In this document: in pieces, positions 20,248 through 28,909 of the stretch
How positions within the stretch are numbered: position 1 is the first letter of the stretch
How the letters are laid out: every line of letters begins with the position of its first letter
Assembly: GCA_046726415.1 (NCBI GenBank)
Contig: JBKPAK010000024.1
Coordinates: 1-64,000 of the forward strand
Reading direction: 5' to 3'
Length of the DNA: 64,000 bases
Origin: Candidatus Methylomirabilota bacterium
GTDB lineage: Bacteria > Methylomirabilota > Methylomirabilia > Rokubacteriales > CSP1-6
Notes under the pieces: generated by a model
Databases searched by the model: none
The model's input: only the letters and a program-made list of their open reading frames with translations
Told to the model about the DNA's origin: nothing
Position numbers and translations under genes: made by a program

Positions 20248-20853
20248 TTATAGGTAGTCCTCGTCTGGCACCCATCTGACCTCCTCTGCCCACAGCGAGG
20301 CGGCTTCATAAATGATATGAAGGACCGGGTCCTTGAGGAAAAGATACCCGTCGATGCTGTCCGGGAAGAGCTGGGACGCTCGGCGTTTCAGGAGTTCGTA
20401 CTCGGCGCGAACGTCGTTCGATGCGCGAAGATAGTCGCGGGATAGGAGCGCATACCGCTGGTTGAACCGCCCAAGTTCTCGGACATGGATATGGGCTCGA
20501 CGCTCACCCTCCGGCTCCCGCATGTAGAGCTTGCGCAACTCCGGATCTGTTTCGGGCTTGCGGTGAAAGAAATCGCACTCAAACGCAGTGCCCTGACGAA
20601 ATCCCGCGGCGCGGAGGGGGTTCGTCAACCCGTCGGCGGCGTCCAAGTCGGCAACGGTGATCTGGATATCGATGACATCCTTCGCGCCAAGGCCGGGAAT
20701 GGCGGTAGAACCGATGTGATCGATCCGAATCGCCGCCTGCCCGACCACGTCGCGGATGTGTCTGGCCATCTCCGTGAACTCGTCCACCCAGTGGGGCTGA
20801 TAGGCGGTCACCACCACCGGGCGGGACTTTCTCGTGAGGTCGAACTCCGGCAT
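20248..20853 (-). CDS. GrpB family protein
   Basis: IDHIGSTAIPGLGAKDVIDIQ, HIHVR, RDYLR..Y..LK. Confidence 0.9.
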   Translation of the reverse strand: MPEFDLTRKSRPVVVTAYQPHWVDEFTEMARHIRDVVGQAAIRIDHIGSTAIPGLGAKDVIDIQITVADLDAADGLTNPLRAAGFRQGTAFECDFFHRKPETDPELRKLYMREPEGERRAHIHVRELGRFNQRYALLSRDYLRASNDVRAEYELLKRRASQLFPDSIDGYLFLKDPVLHIIYEAASLWAEEVRWVPDEDYL

Positions 20854-20921
20854 CGCGCTTGCCGTAGCGTCCAACGCACCGCCGAGGGCGGTCGGCTGGT
20901 CGCCGGGCGTTCCGCGCAACC

Positions 20922-22127
20922 TCAGATCACGCCGTCGGCCTTGAGCCGCTCGAGGTCCTCCGGCCCGAGGGCCAGCCATTCCTTGTAGACCTCGGCGTTG
21001 TGCTGGCCGAGCAGGGGGGCGGGCTGGATCTCTGTCGGCGATCTCGAGAGCTGCACGGGGTTGCCGGGCATGGTGAACTCCCCCCAGCCCGGATGCTGAA
21101 TCGTCGTCACCATGCCCCGCGCCTTGAGGTGCGGGTCGGACAGGATCTCGGTCGGCGTGAGGCAGGCGCCGGCGGGCACACCGGCGGCGCCCAGCTCGGC
21201 CATGACTTCGTGCTTGGTGTGGGTCATCGTCCAGCGCTCGACCAGCGCATTGACCTCGTTCTTGTGAGCGCCACGCCAGCGGGGATCGGACCACTCCGGA
21301 TGGCCGACGAGGTCTTCGCGGCCGATGGTGCGCAGCAACGCGTCCCACATGTGATGGCGCACCGGCTGCGGATAGATGTAGGCGTAGTCGTCGGGGCCGC
21401 CCGGCTTGCACCGGTAGATGCCCGAGGGCGCGGTATTGGCGATTTCGTTGCCACGGCGAGGCTCGAAGTCACCCCCGGCGTAGGCCAGCCGCATCGCGAT
21501 GCGACAGAGGTTCACCACGGCGTCCTGCATGGACAGCTCGACCCGCTGGCCCCGACCCGAGGCCTGCCGCTGCCACAGCGCAGCCATCACGCCGAAGGCC
21601 GCGTGCACGCCCGTGCCGGAGTCGCCGATGGTCGGCCCGGGCTTGAGCGGTGGGGAGCCGGGGAAACCCGTCAGGGTCATGGCGCCCCCGGTAGCCTGGG
21701 CGATCATGTCGAAGCTCTTGTAGTCGCTGTACGGACCGTACGTGCCGAAACCCTTGACCGACAGGTAAATCAGCCGCGGGTTGATGACGGCGAGCGCGTC
21801 GTAGCCGAGGCCGCTCTTCTCCAGCGCCCCCGGCGCCTGGTTCTCGGCGAGGACGTCCGCCTGCTTGACCATCTCGAGGAACATGGACTTGCCTTGCGGA
21901 TGCTTGAGGTTGAGCGTGATGCTTCGTTTGTTGGCGTTGAGCGTGAGAAAGTAACTGCTGTCCACGCCAGGCTTCTCGGCGCGGCCGTAGCGGCCGGGGT
22001 CGCCCTTGGTGGGCTCCTCCACCTTGATGACATCGGCGCCCAGCCACGCGAGGAGCTGGGTGCACGACGTCCCCGCCTCGAACTGGGTCAAATCCAGGAT
22101 GCGAATGCCATTGAGCGCGTAACTCAT
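20922..22127 (-). CDS. CoA-transferase family III (formyl-CoA transferase-like)
   Basis: [32 protein letters not shown]. Confidence 0.93.
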   Translation of the reverse strand: MSYALNGIRILDLTQFEAGTSCTQLLAWLGADVIKVEEPTKGDPGRYGRAEKPGVDSSYFLTLNANKRSITLNLKHPQGKSMFLEMVKQADVLAENQAPGALEKSGLGYDALAVINPRLIYLSVKGFGTYGPYSDYKSFDMIAQATGGAMTLTGFPGSPPLKPGPTIGDSGTGVHAAFGVMAALWQRQASGRGQRVELSMQDAVVNLCRIAMRLAYAGGDFEPRRGNEIANTAPSGIYRCKPGGPDDYAYIYPQPVRHHMWDALLRTIGREDLVGHPEWSDPRWRGAHKNEVNALVERWTMTHTKHEVMAELGAAGVPAGACLTPTEILSDPHLKARGMVTTIQHPGWGEFTMPGNPVQLSRSPTEIQPAPLLGQHNAEVYKEWLALGPEDLERLKADGVI

Positions 22128-22254
22128 CGTTCGGGCTCCTCACGGATGGAGTCGGCTCTTCCGGCATGATCCGCCGGCAGCCTGCGGCATGATACCCGCG
22201 CACCGCAGCGCCGGGCAATGCCTTGCGCCGAGGACCGAGGCTTCAGCGGCGTGA

Positions 22255-24906
22255 TCAGCGGTTGCCGTAGATGCGGCGGTACTCGTCCCAGGAGAGCATG
22301 ACGCGCTTGACGTAGTGGCGCGTCTCGTCGAACGGAATTTGCTCGACGAAGACTTCGAGGTCGTCGCTGCGCCGAGCCTGCCACCACTGCCGCGCCCGCC
22401 GGGGCCCGGCATTGTAGGCGGCGAGGGCCAGCCGTGGATCGCCGAAGCCTCGGAGAAGCCCCGCCAGGAAGTTCACTCCGAGTTCGATGTTGGCCTCGGG
22501 CTCGTCGAGGAGATCGCCGCCGCGGAACGACCATCCGCGCAGCGCTGCCATGGGTTGCGCTGTTCCCGGCATGAGCTGCATGAGGCCACGGGCCCCCGCG
22601 CGGGAGACGGCGCGGGGGTAGTAGCTCGACTCCTCGCGCACAACCGCGGCCACGAGGAATGGGTCCACGCCAACCCGTTGGGCGGCGTCGGTCACCTCGG
22701 CGCGCCAGGCGAAGGGATACAGCATCTCCCAGAAGGCGCGTGGAATCGAGGGATGACCGCTCGAGGCGAGTCCCGCGAAGTTCCGGCGCATGATCCGGAG
22801 CGCGAGATGGTAGCGCTCGTCCTCCACGTAGGCGCTGGTCAGTCCGTAGAGGCGCACGGAATCGCCGGCCGAGCGCTGGACGACATCGTCCAGCGCGACG
22901 AGGGAGAGGTCGATCAATCCGAGGCGCCGCAGCAAATCGATCCGTTCGAAGCCAGGGTCATTGGCGAGCGCCTCCCGCGGATCGGCCGGCAGGCGAATCG
23001 CCGGATCGGCGGGATCGCGAGCCGGCTCATGCGGTGTGTCCAGCCGGCGCCCGGCGAGCGCGCCGTAGTAGCTGCGGGGCGCCTCGGCGACGAGGCGCCG
23101 GTAGAGGCGCTGGGCGGCGTCGTGGGCGCCCTGTCGGTCCTGGGCTCGCCCCGACCAGTAGAGAGCTGCCAGGCGGTGCGCGCCACCTCCGGCAGCTTCT
23201 GGCAGGCGCGACCAGCTCTGCTCGGCCGCCCGGATCTCGCCGCGGAGGTAGGCAAGCCACCCGAGACGCCACAGAGCCGAGCCGGCCACGTCGCGGGTGG
23301 GAAAGCGGGTGGCCAGTGAGCGGTATGTCTCCTCGGCGTCGACATCGCGGCGAAGATCCTCCAGGAGCCGCGCCCGCAGATACATCGCCTCGGAGGAATC
23401 GGCGTCGCCGCCCCGGGCGCCCACTGCCGCGAGAATCGCCAGCACCCGCTCCTTGCCGTCCTTGGCATCCTTGCCGTCCTTCTGCGGCCCGCGCAGGAGA
23501 AGTCGGGCCTGCTCGAGCTGGAGACCTGGCTTCCGGTCAGCAGGCGCTCGCGCCACGGCCAGCTCAATGGCTCGCGCGGCCATGTCATAGCGCCCCAGGC
23601 GCTGCGATGCGTCGGCCACCACTCGCAGCGCGCGCACCGCAATCCCGACGTCCTGGGCATCCGAGGCGATCCGCTCGGCCTCGTCGGCCGCGATCTGCGG
23701 CACGCCGCCCCGCAGGAGACGCTCGGCGCGGTCGATCCGCTGCTGAAGGGAGAGAGGTGCCATGCGCACGCCCGAGCTCGCCAGCCCCGCCAGGCGGTCA
23801 CCGGCTCCCGACGCATATCCCGTGCTTGGTGCCACCAGGGTCAGCTCTCGATAGGTCGCGGCCGCCGCCTCCGGATTTCCGAGGGCCTCGGCGGTCATAC
23901 CGAGCAGATAGAGCGCCTCGGGAAGTTCTGCGGCGTCAGGGTAGTCGGCGATCAGCCGCGTCAGTAGCTCCTGGGCTCTAGCCTCTTCTCCGGCCCGTGA
24001 GGCGGCCCACGCCGCGACGACGAGCGCGCGGGGGGCGAGACGGCTCTGGCGATGGTGGTCGGCCACGCTGGCGGCCATGTCGCGCGCCGCGAGCCAATCA
24101 CCTCGACGCGCGAGGGCATCGGCGAGGAGCCAGCGCGCGTAGTCGGCGATGGGGCTCGAGAGAGCGGCGGGCGTGTTCATCGCGTCCAGGAGCGGCCCGG
24201 GGTCGCCGCGCTGGTAGGCGGCTACGGCCTGCGCCCACGTTCGCTCCACGGAGGGCGACACTGCGGGTTCGGCCGTGGCCGCAAGTGGCGTCAGCGCCAA
24301 CGCCGCCACGATCGCGCCGCGCAGCAGGGTGGCGTCACGGGTGGCCCGCCAGGTGAAGACGATCCGCTGGAGCGCCGTGAGGTTGGCGAGAACCGCCAGC
24401 ACCCACATCGCGGACTCCAGGAGATCGAAGAGGGCTCCGGCGATGAGACAGATCATGCGCTCGGGGCGCTCCATGAACCCGATCGTACACTCGACGCCGA
24501 TGGACGCCGCGCGAGCCTTGGTGTAGCTCACCATCACCGTGCCCACCAAGCCGGCCATGGCCACCAGGGCGCCCCGGGTGTGGGGCGTGCGCGCGAACAG
24601 GACCACGATGGCGAGCAGGATCACGATATCCGAGTAGCGGTCGATCACGGAATCGAGAAACGCGCCGAACGGGGTCACCATCCCCGAGGCGCGGGCCAAG
24701 GCGCCGTCGAAAAAATCGCACAGACCGGCGAGGACGAGCAGCGCCCCACCCGCCCGAAGGTGCCCGGTCACGAAGGCCGCCGCCGCCACCAGGCTGATGC
24801 CCAGACCGATGAGGGTCAGATGGTTGGGGCGCAGCCGAAGGCGAAAAAGCCCACGGCCGATGGGTTCCGACCACACGCGGGCGGTCTCGCGATAGCGACT
24901 GATCAC
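22255..24906 (-). CDS. fusion: CDP-alcohol phosphatidyltransferase + TPR repeats + soluble lytic transglycosylase (SLT)
   Basis: N-term DFFDGALAR..GAFLDSVIDRYSD, VSYTKARA, ERPER; C-term REES, GARGLMQLM, AAYNAG, ETRHYV; single uninterrupted ORF. Confidence 0.88.
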   Translation of the reverse strand: MISRYRETARVWSEPIGRGLFRLRLRPNHLTLIGLGISLVAAAAFVTGHLRAGGALLVLAGLCDFFDGALARASGMVTPFGAFLDSVIDRYSDIVILLAIVVLFARTPHTRGALVAMAGLVGTVMVSYTKARAASIGVECTIGFMERPERMICLIAGALFDLLESAMWVLAVLANLTALQRIVFTWRATRDATLLRGAIVAALALTPLAATAEPAVSPSVERTWAQAVAAYQRGDPGPLLDAMNTPAALSSPIADYARWLLADALARRGDWLAARDMAASVADHHRQSRLAPRALVVAAWAASRAGEEARAQELLTRLIADYPDAAELPEALYLLGMTAEALGNPEAAAATYRELTLVAPSTGYASGAGDRLAGLASSGVRMAPLSLQQRIDRAERLLRGGVPQIAADEAERIASDAQDVGIAVRALRVVADASQRLGRYDMAARAIELAVARAPADRKPGLQLEQARLLLRGPQKDGKDAKDGKERVLAILAAVGARGGDADSSEAMYLRARLLEDLRRDVDAEETYRSLATRFPTRDVAGSALWRLGWLAYLRGEIRAAEQSWSRLPEAAGGGAHRLAALYWSGRAQDRQGAHDAAQRLYRRLVAEAPRSYYGALAGRRLDTPHEPARDPADPAIRLPADPREALANDPGFERIDLLRRLGLIDLSLVALDDVVQRSAGDSVRLYGLTSAYVEDERYHLALRIMRRNFAGLASSGHPSIPRAFWEMLYPFAWRAEVTDAAQRVGVDPFLVAAVVREESSYYPRAVSRAGARGLMQLMPGTAQPMAALRGWSFRGGDLLDEPEANIELGVNFLAGLLRGFGDPRLALAAYNAGPRRARQWWQARRSDDLEVFVEQIPFDETRHYVKRVMLSWDEYRRIYGNR

Positions 24907-24909
24907 GGC

Positions 24910-27576
24910 TCAGAGGGGGCGCGTGAGCGCGTCGCGCAGGGCACCGTGGATGCGCTCGATCCCGTCGGGGTCTTCGACCTTCTGTCCCTTTCCGTCATGG
25001 ACGTAGAAGGTGTCGAGGGCCTTGTCGATCTCGGTGGCGATGCGGGCGCTGGCGATGTCGAGGCCGAGCGAGGCCAAGGTGGCGGTGATCAGGTAGAGCA
25101 GGCCGACGCGGTCGGGACACTTCACCTCGACGAGGGTGTAGTCGTCGGAGAGCTGATTGTCTATGACGACCTTGGGGGGCGTCAAGGACGCCTGGTTACC
25201 CGATCGCTGCCGGCTGGCCAGCAAGGCCGCCACGTCCTGCTTCCCCGCGATCACCGCCCGCAGCACGTCGAGCGTACGCGACCATTGCACGACGGAGGTC
25301 ACGGCCTCCCCGGTGGGATCGTTCACCTGCAGCGTGTCGATGGCGATGCCATCGGCCCGGGTGTGGATCTGGGCGGAGGCGATGTTGATCCGGTGCGCCG
25401 CCAGCGTGCCGGCGATGAGGGAGAAGAGGCCGGGCACGTCACGGGCCACCACCACGAGGTCAGACGTGCCGAGATCGGGATGATGGAAGAGCTGGGTCAC
25501 CACGGGTTCGTGGTCCAGCCGCCGCAGCATCCCCAGGTGTTCAGCCATGCGCTGGACGCTGGTCGTGGCCAGATACCGATCCGACACCATCGCCACGTGG
25601 GCCCGCGCGGCCTGTCGCGGCACTTCGTCACCGGCGTGCGCGGCGAGGCGCTCCACGAGCTGGGCCCGCGGGGGGCGCACCGCGCGGCCGTCAGTCAAGT
25701 GTCGAAGGGTGCGGCCGTACAGTTCGTGCAGGATCTTGGCCTGCCAGGGCGTGAGGACCCCCGGGCCAACTGCGCGCATGTCGGCGTACGTGAGGAGATA
25801 GAGCATGCGCAGGCGTTGGGGGGTCCCGACCACACCCGCGAAGTTGGAGATCGTGCGCGGATCGTCGATGTCGCGCCGCTGGGCCACGTGGGACATCGTG
25901 ACGTGATGGGCGACCAGGAACTCGACCAGGGCCGCGTCGGCGGCCGGCAGCCCGAGACGCGCCGTCAGCGCGCGAGCCATGGGGATGCCCTTGGCCACGT
26001 GCCCGTGTCCCTTGGCCTTGCCAATGTCGTGCAGGAGCATGCCGAGCATGAGCAGCTCGGGCTTCTCCACCTCGTGGAAGACGAGGGCCGCGCCCTCTGA
26101 TTCCGCCGACTGACCCGGAGCCAGCGCCTCGAGATGCTGCACGGCGAGGAGCGAATGTTGATCGACCGAGAACTTGTGGTAGACGTCGTACTGCACGAGG
26201 CAGGTCAACGCGGCGAACTCCGGCAGGTAGCGTCCGAGCACCCCCAGCTCGTGCATCTCCGAAAGCGTTTCGCCCACGCGGCCCCAGCGCCGGCAGATGT
26301 CGAGGAAGACGTCGCGCTCGGCTGGGTCGCGCTGCATTCGCTCGTCGATGACGTCCAGGGCCTCTTCCAGGCTGCGCTCCAGGTCGACCGACAGCGTGCA
26401 GCCCAGCCGATGCATGTGCCAGAAGACCTTCATGATGCGACCGGGTTCCCTGCGCAGCGCGGCGGGGTCGCGGTCGGCGAGATGCAGCGTCCCATCCAGG
26501 AGGACGAGGCCGTCGGCCAGCGCCTGCTGGCGCTGCCGCCGCTCGGCGGCGCCGCGGCGCGAGAGCGTCTCCTGGCAACGGGCGATGAGGCGCCGCGACA
26601 GGCGGTGTATGGCCCGCGCATGGAAGTAGTAATCGCGCATGAAGCGCTCGACGCCGAGGCTCTGCTCGCCGTCCTCGTAGCCGAAGGCCTTGGCGATCTG
26701 CGGCTGGACATCGCGCGAGAGCACGTCGTTTTTGTGGCCAGCCAGAAAATGCAGCTCGTTGCGCACGCGCCACAGGAAGGTCAGCGCGGCATCGGTGACC
26801 GCCTGCTCGCGGAGCGTGATCAGCCCCTTGTCGGTCAGCTCCCGCAAGGTCCGGGCGCCGAACTTGGCCGCGCTGAGCCACATGGCGGTGTGCATGTCCC
26901 GCAGGCCACCGGCCGATTCCTTGACGTTGGGCTCGCCGATGTACGGCGAGGCGCCGTACTTGCGATAGCGCTGGTCGCGCTCGCCCAGGGTGGTGGCGAG
27001 GAACTGGCCGAAGTCGCGCCGGAAGACGTTGTCGCGGAGGACCCGGCGGAAACGCGCGAAGAGTCGCCGATCCGCGGTGACGAAGCGGGCCGCCTGCATC
27101 GAAGTCAGGCTCGGGAAGTCCGTGCGGGCGATGGCCACGCAGTCGTCGAGAGAGCGCACGCTGTGACCGATTTGCAGGCCGAGATCCCAGAGGGTGTAGA
27201 GCAGCTCCTGGGTGACCCGCTGCACGAAGGGCGTTCGCTCCCCTTCGTAGACCACCATCAGGTCGATGTCGGACGACGGGTGCAGCTCGGCGCGGCCATA
27301 CCCGCCCAGGGCGACCACCACGAAGGGCGCCGGGGCCAACGCTGTCGCGTTGGCGACGATCAGACGGACGAGGGCGCGGATCAGATCATCGACCAGCTCC
27401 GCGTGGGCGCGCACCGACTCCCCTCCCGACGCACCCTCCGCATGCTTGAGCTTGAGGGAGTCGAGTCCCTCGGCGAGTGCGGCGCGGAAGAATTCGAGTC
27501 GCAGGCGCCGCCGGTCCTCGATGCGCTCGGCCTTCGCCTCCGCGCGTCGGGCCCGGCGATACAACTCGGGCGACAT
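24910..27576 (-). CDS. glnD: [protein-PII] uridylyltransferase/uridylyl-removing enzyme
   Basis: ALGGYGR..SDIDL, EPNVKESAGGLRD, HD domain (YHKFSVDQH, LLHDIGK), two ACT domains. Confidence 0.97.
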   Translation of the reverse strand: MSPELYRRARRAEAKAERIEDRRRLRLEFFRAALAEGLDSLKLKHAEGASGGESVRAHAELVDDLIRALVRLIVANATALAPAPFVVVALGGYGRAELHPSSDIDLMVVYEGERTPFVQRVTQELLYTLWDLGLQIGHSVRSLDDCVAIARTDFPSLTSMQAARFVTADRRLFARFRRVLRDNVFRRDFGQFLATTLGERDQRYRKYGASPYIGEPNVKESAGGLRDMHTAMWLSAAKFGARTLRELTDKGLITLREQAVTDAALTFLWRVRNELHFLAGHKNDVLSRDVQPQIAKAFGYEDGEQSLGVERFMRDYYFHARAIHRLSRRLIARCQETLSRRGAAERRQRQQALADGLVLLDGTLHLADRDPAALRREPGRIMKVFWHMHRLGCTLSVDLERSLEEALDVIDERMQRDPAERDVFLDICRRWGRVGETLSEMHELGVLGRYLPEFAALTCLVQYDVYHKFSVDQHSLLAVQHLEALAPGQSAESEGAALVFHEVEKPELLMLGMLLHDIGKAKGHGHVAKGIPMARALTARLGLPAADAALVEFLVAHHVTMSHVAQRRDIDDPRTISNFAGVVGTPQRLRMLYLLTYADMRAVGPGVLTPWQAKILHELYGRTLRHLTDGRAVRPPRAQLVERLAAHAGDEVPRQAARAHVAMVSDRYLATTSVQRMAEHLGMLRRLDHEPVVTQLFHHPDLGTSDLVVVARDVPGLFSLIAGTLAAHRINIASAQIHTRADGIAIDTLQVNDPTGEAVTSVVQWSRTLDVLRAVIAGKQDVAALLASRQRSGNQASLTPPKVVIDNQLSDDYTLVEVKCPDRVGLLYLITATLASLGLDIASARIATEIDKALDTFYVHDGKGQKVEDPDGIERIHGALRDALTRPL

Positions 27577-27586
27577 GTCGGGGTGA

Positions 27587-27639
27587 AGGGTAGCAGTGGC
27601 CGACGAACACTGTCAAACCCAGGGCCAACTTACTAGAAT
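27587..27639. promoter_or_regulatory. overlapping divergent sigma-70 promoters for glnD and hisC
   Basis: Minus strand TTGACA-18-TACCCT with TG extension; plus strand TAGAAT 6 nt before the hisC ATG. Confidence 0.6.
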
Positions 27640-27645
27640 TCAGAC

Positions 27646-28734
27646 ATGCGAGACATCTGGCGGCCCGTCCTCGGCAGCATCACGCCGTACCAGCCGGACA
27701 AATCCCTGGAGGCCCTGGCCAGCCAGCTGGCGCTCCCGGAGTTGATCCGACTGTCGGCGAACGAGAACCCCCTCGGCCCCTCGCCACGCGTGGTGGCCAC
27801 CATCGCGCGCGAGGCCAGCCGCGTCCATCTCTACCCGGACGGCGGCAGCACCGCCCTGCGCAAGGCCCTGGGCCATCGCCTAGGCCTCTCGCCCGAGCAG
27901 ATCCTCGTGGGCAACGGCGCCGACGAGCTGCTCACCTTGCTGGGGCTTGCCGCCCTCGAACAGGGCGACGAGGTGCTGCTACCCCTTCCCTCCTTCGAGG
28001 CCTACGCGACTATCGCGCTGCTCGGCGGCGCTCGCCCGGTGGCCAGCCCCCTGATCGGCTACGACACCGACCTCGACGACATGCGGCGCCGCATCACCCC
28101 GCGGACGAAGATAGTCTTCGTGTGCTCGCCCCACAATCCGGCGGGCACGATCGTCTCCCGCAGGGCGCTGACGGCGTTCCTCGAGTCACTCGCCGACGAT
28201 CCGCCCCTGATCGTGCTCGACGAGGCATACCGGGACTTCTGTGACGACCCCGAGTACCCGGATGGCGTGGCCCTGCTGGCTCGATATCCGCGCCTGCTCG
28301 TTCTGCGCACGTTCTCGAAGATCGCCGGTCTGGCCGGCCTGCGGGTGGGATACGTGCTGGCCAGCCCCCAGGCCATCGATCGGCTCGACCGGGTGCGCGC
28401 GCCTTACAACGTGAACCGGCTGGGCCAGGTCGCCGCCGTGGCCGCCCTCGAGGACGAGGATCACTGGCACAAGAGCCGACAGCTGGTCATCGAGGAACGC
28501 GCGTTCCTCTCCCAAGAGCTGGTTCGCCGCGGCTTCCGCTTTCCGCCATCCCAAGCCAACTTCATGCTCGTGAAGGTGCCGGACGGCGCCCTCGCCCGCG
28601 AGCGGCTTCTGCGAGCCGGCCTCGTCGTCCGCGACGGCGCGGCCCTGGGCTTTGCCAACCACCTCCGCATCTCGATCGGTCTGCGCGAGACCAACGAGCG
28701 CCTGCTCGCCGTCCTCGACTCCCTCCCCCGATGA
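27646..28734 (+). CDS. hisC: histidinol-phosphate aminotransferase
   Basis: LSANENPLGPSP, YPD, GNGADE, DEAY, RTFSKIAGLAGLRVGY. Confidence 0.93.
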   Translation: MRDIWRPVLGSITPYQPDKSLEALASQLALPELIRLSANENPLGPSPRVVATIAREASRVHLYPDGGSTALRKALGHRLGLSPEQILVGNGADELLTLLGLAALEQGDEVLLPLPSFEAYATIALLGGARPVASPLIGYDTDLDDMRRRITPRTKIVFVCSPHNPAGTIVSRRALTAFLESLADDPPLIVLDEAYRDFCDDPEYPDGVALLARYPRLLVLRTFSKIAGLAGLRVGYVLASPQAIDRLDRVRAPYNVNRLGQVAAVAALEDEDHWHKSRQLVIEERAFLSQELVRRGFRFPPSQANFMLVKVPDGALARERLLRAGLVVRDGAALGFANHLRISIGLRETNERLLAVLDSLPR

Positions 28735-28735
28735 G

Positions 28736-28858
28736 ATGGGGGGCCTCGACAGGGCCCCCAAGCCCCCCGACGCTCGGGACGCCTCAGCGGAGCTGCGGCG
28801 CCCCTCGATGCCCCCCGGACGTCCGGCGCACACCGGCAAAGCCGGGGCCTCCTCGATT
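28736..28858 (+). repeat. GC-rich palindromic repeat element (one full + one partial unit)
   Basis: ATGGGGGGCCTCGACAGGGCCCCCAAGCCCCCCGACGCTCG...CCTCGAT; related copies at 32158-32270 and 39226-39392. Confidence 0.8.
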
Positions 28859-28909
28859 CCCCCGCGCTCCTGCCGCCATCGCGCCGAAGTTACCGCGCGC
28901 CGCGCTCGG

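Noticed and set aside
23445..23485. Short tandem repeat encoding KDGKDAKDGK in the SLT fusion
   Set aside because: A small low-complexity loop with no evidence of phase variation (unit is a multiple of 3)
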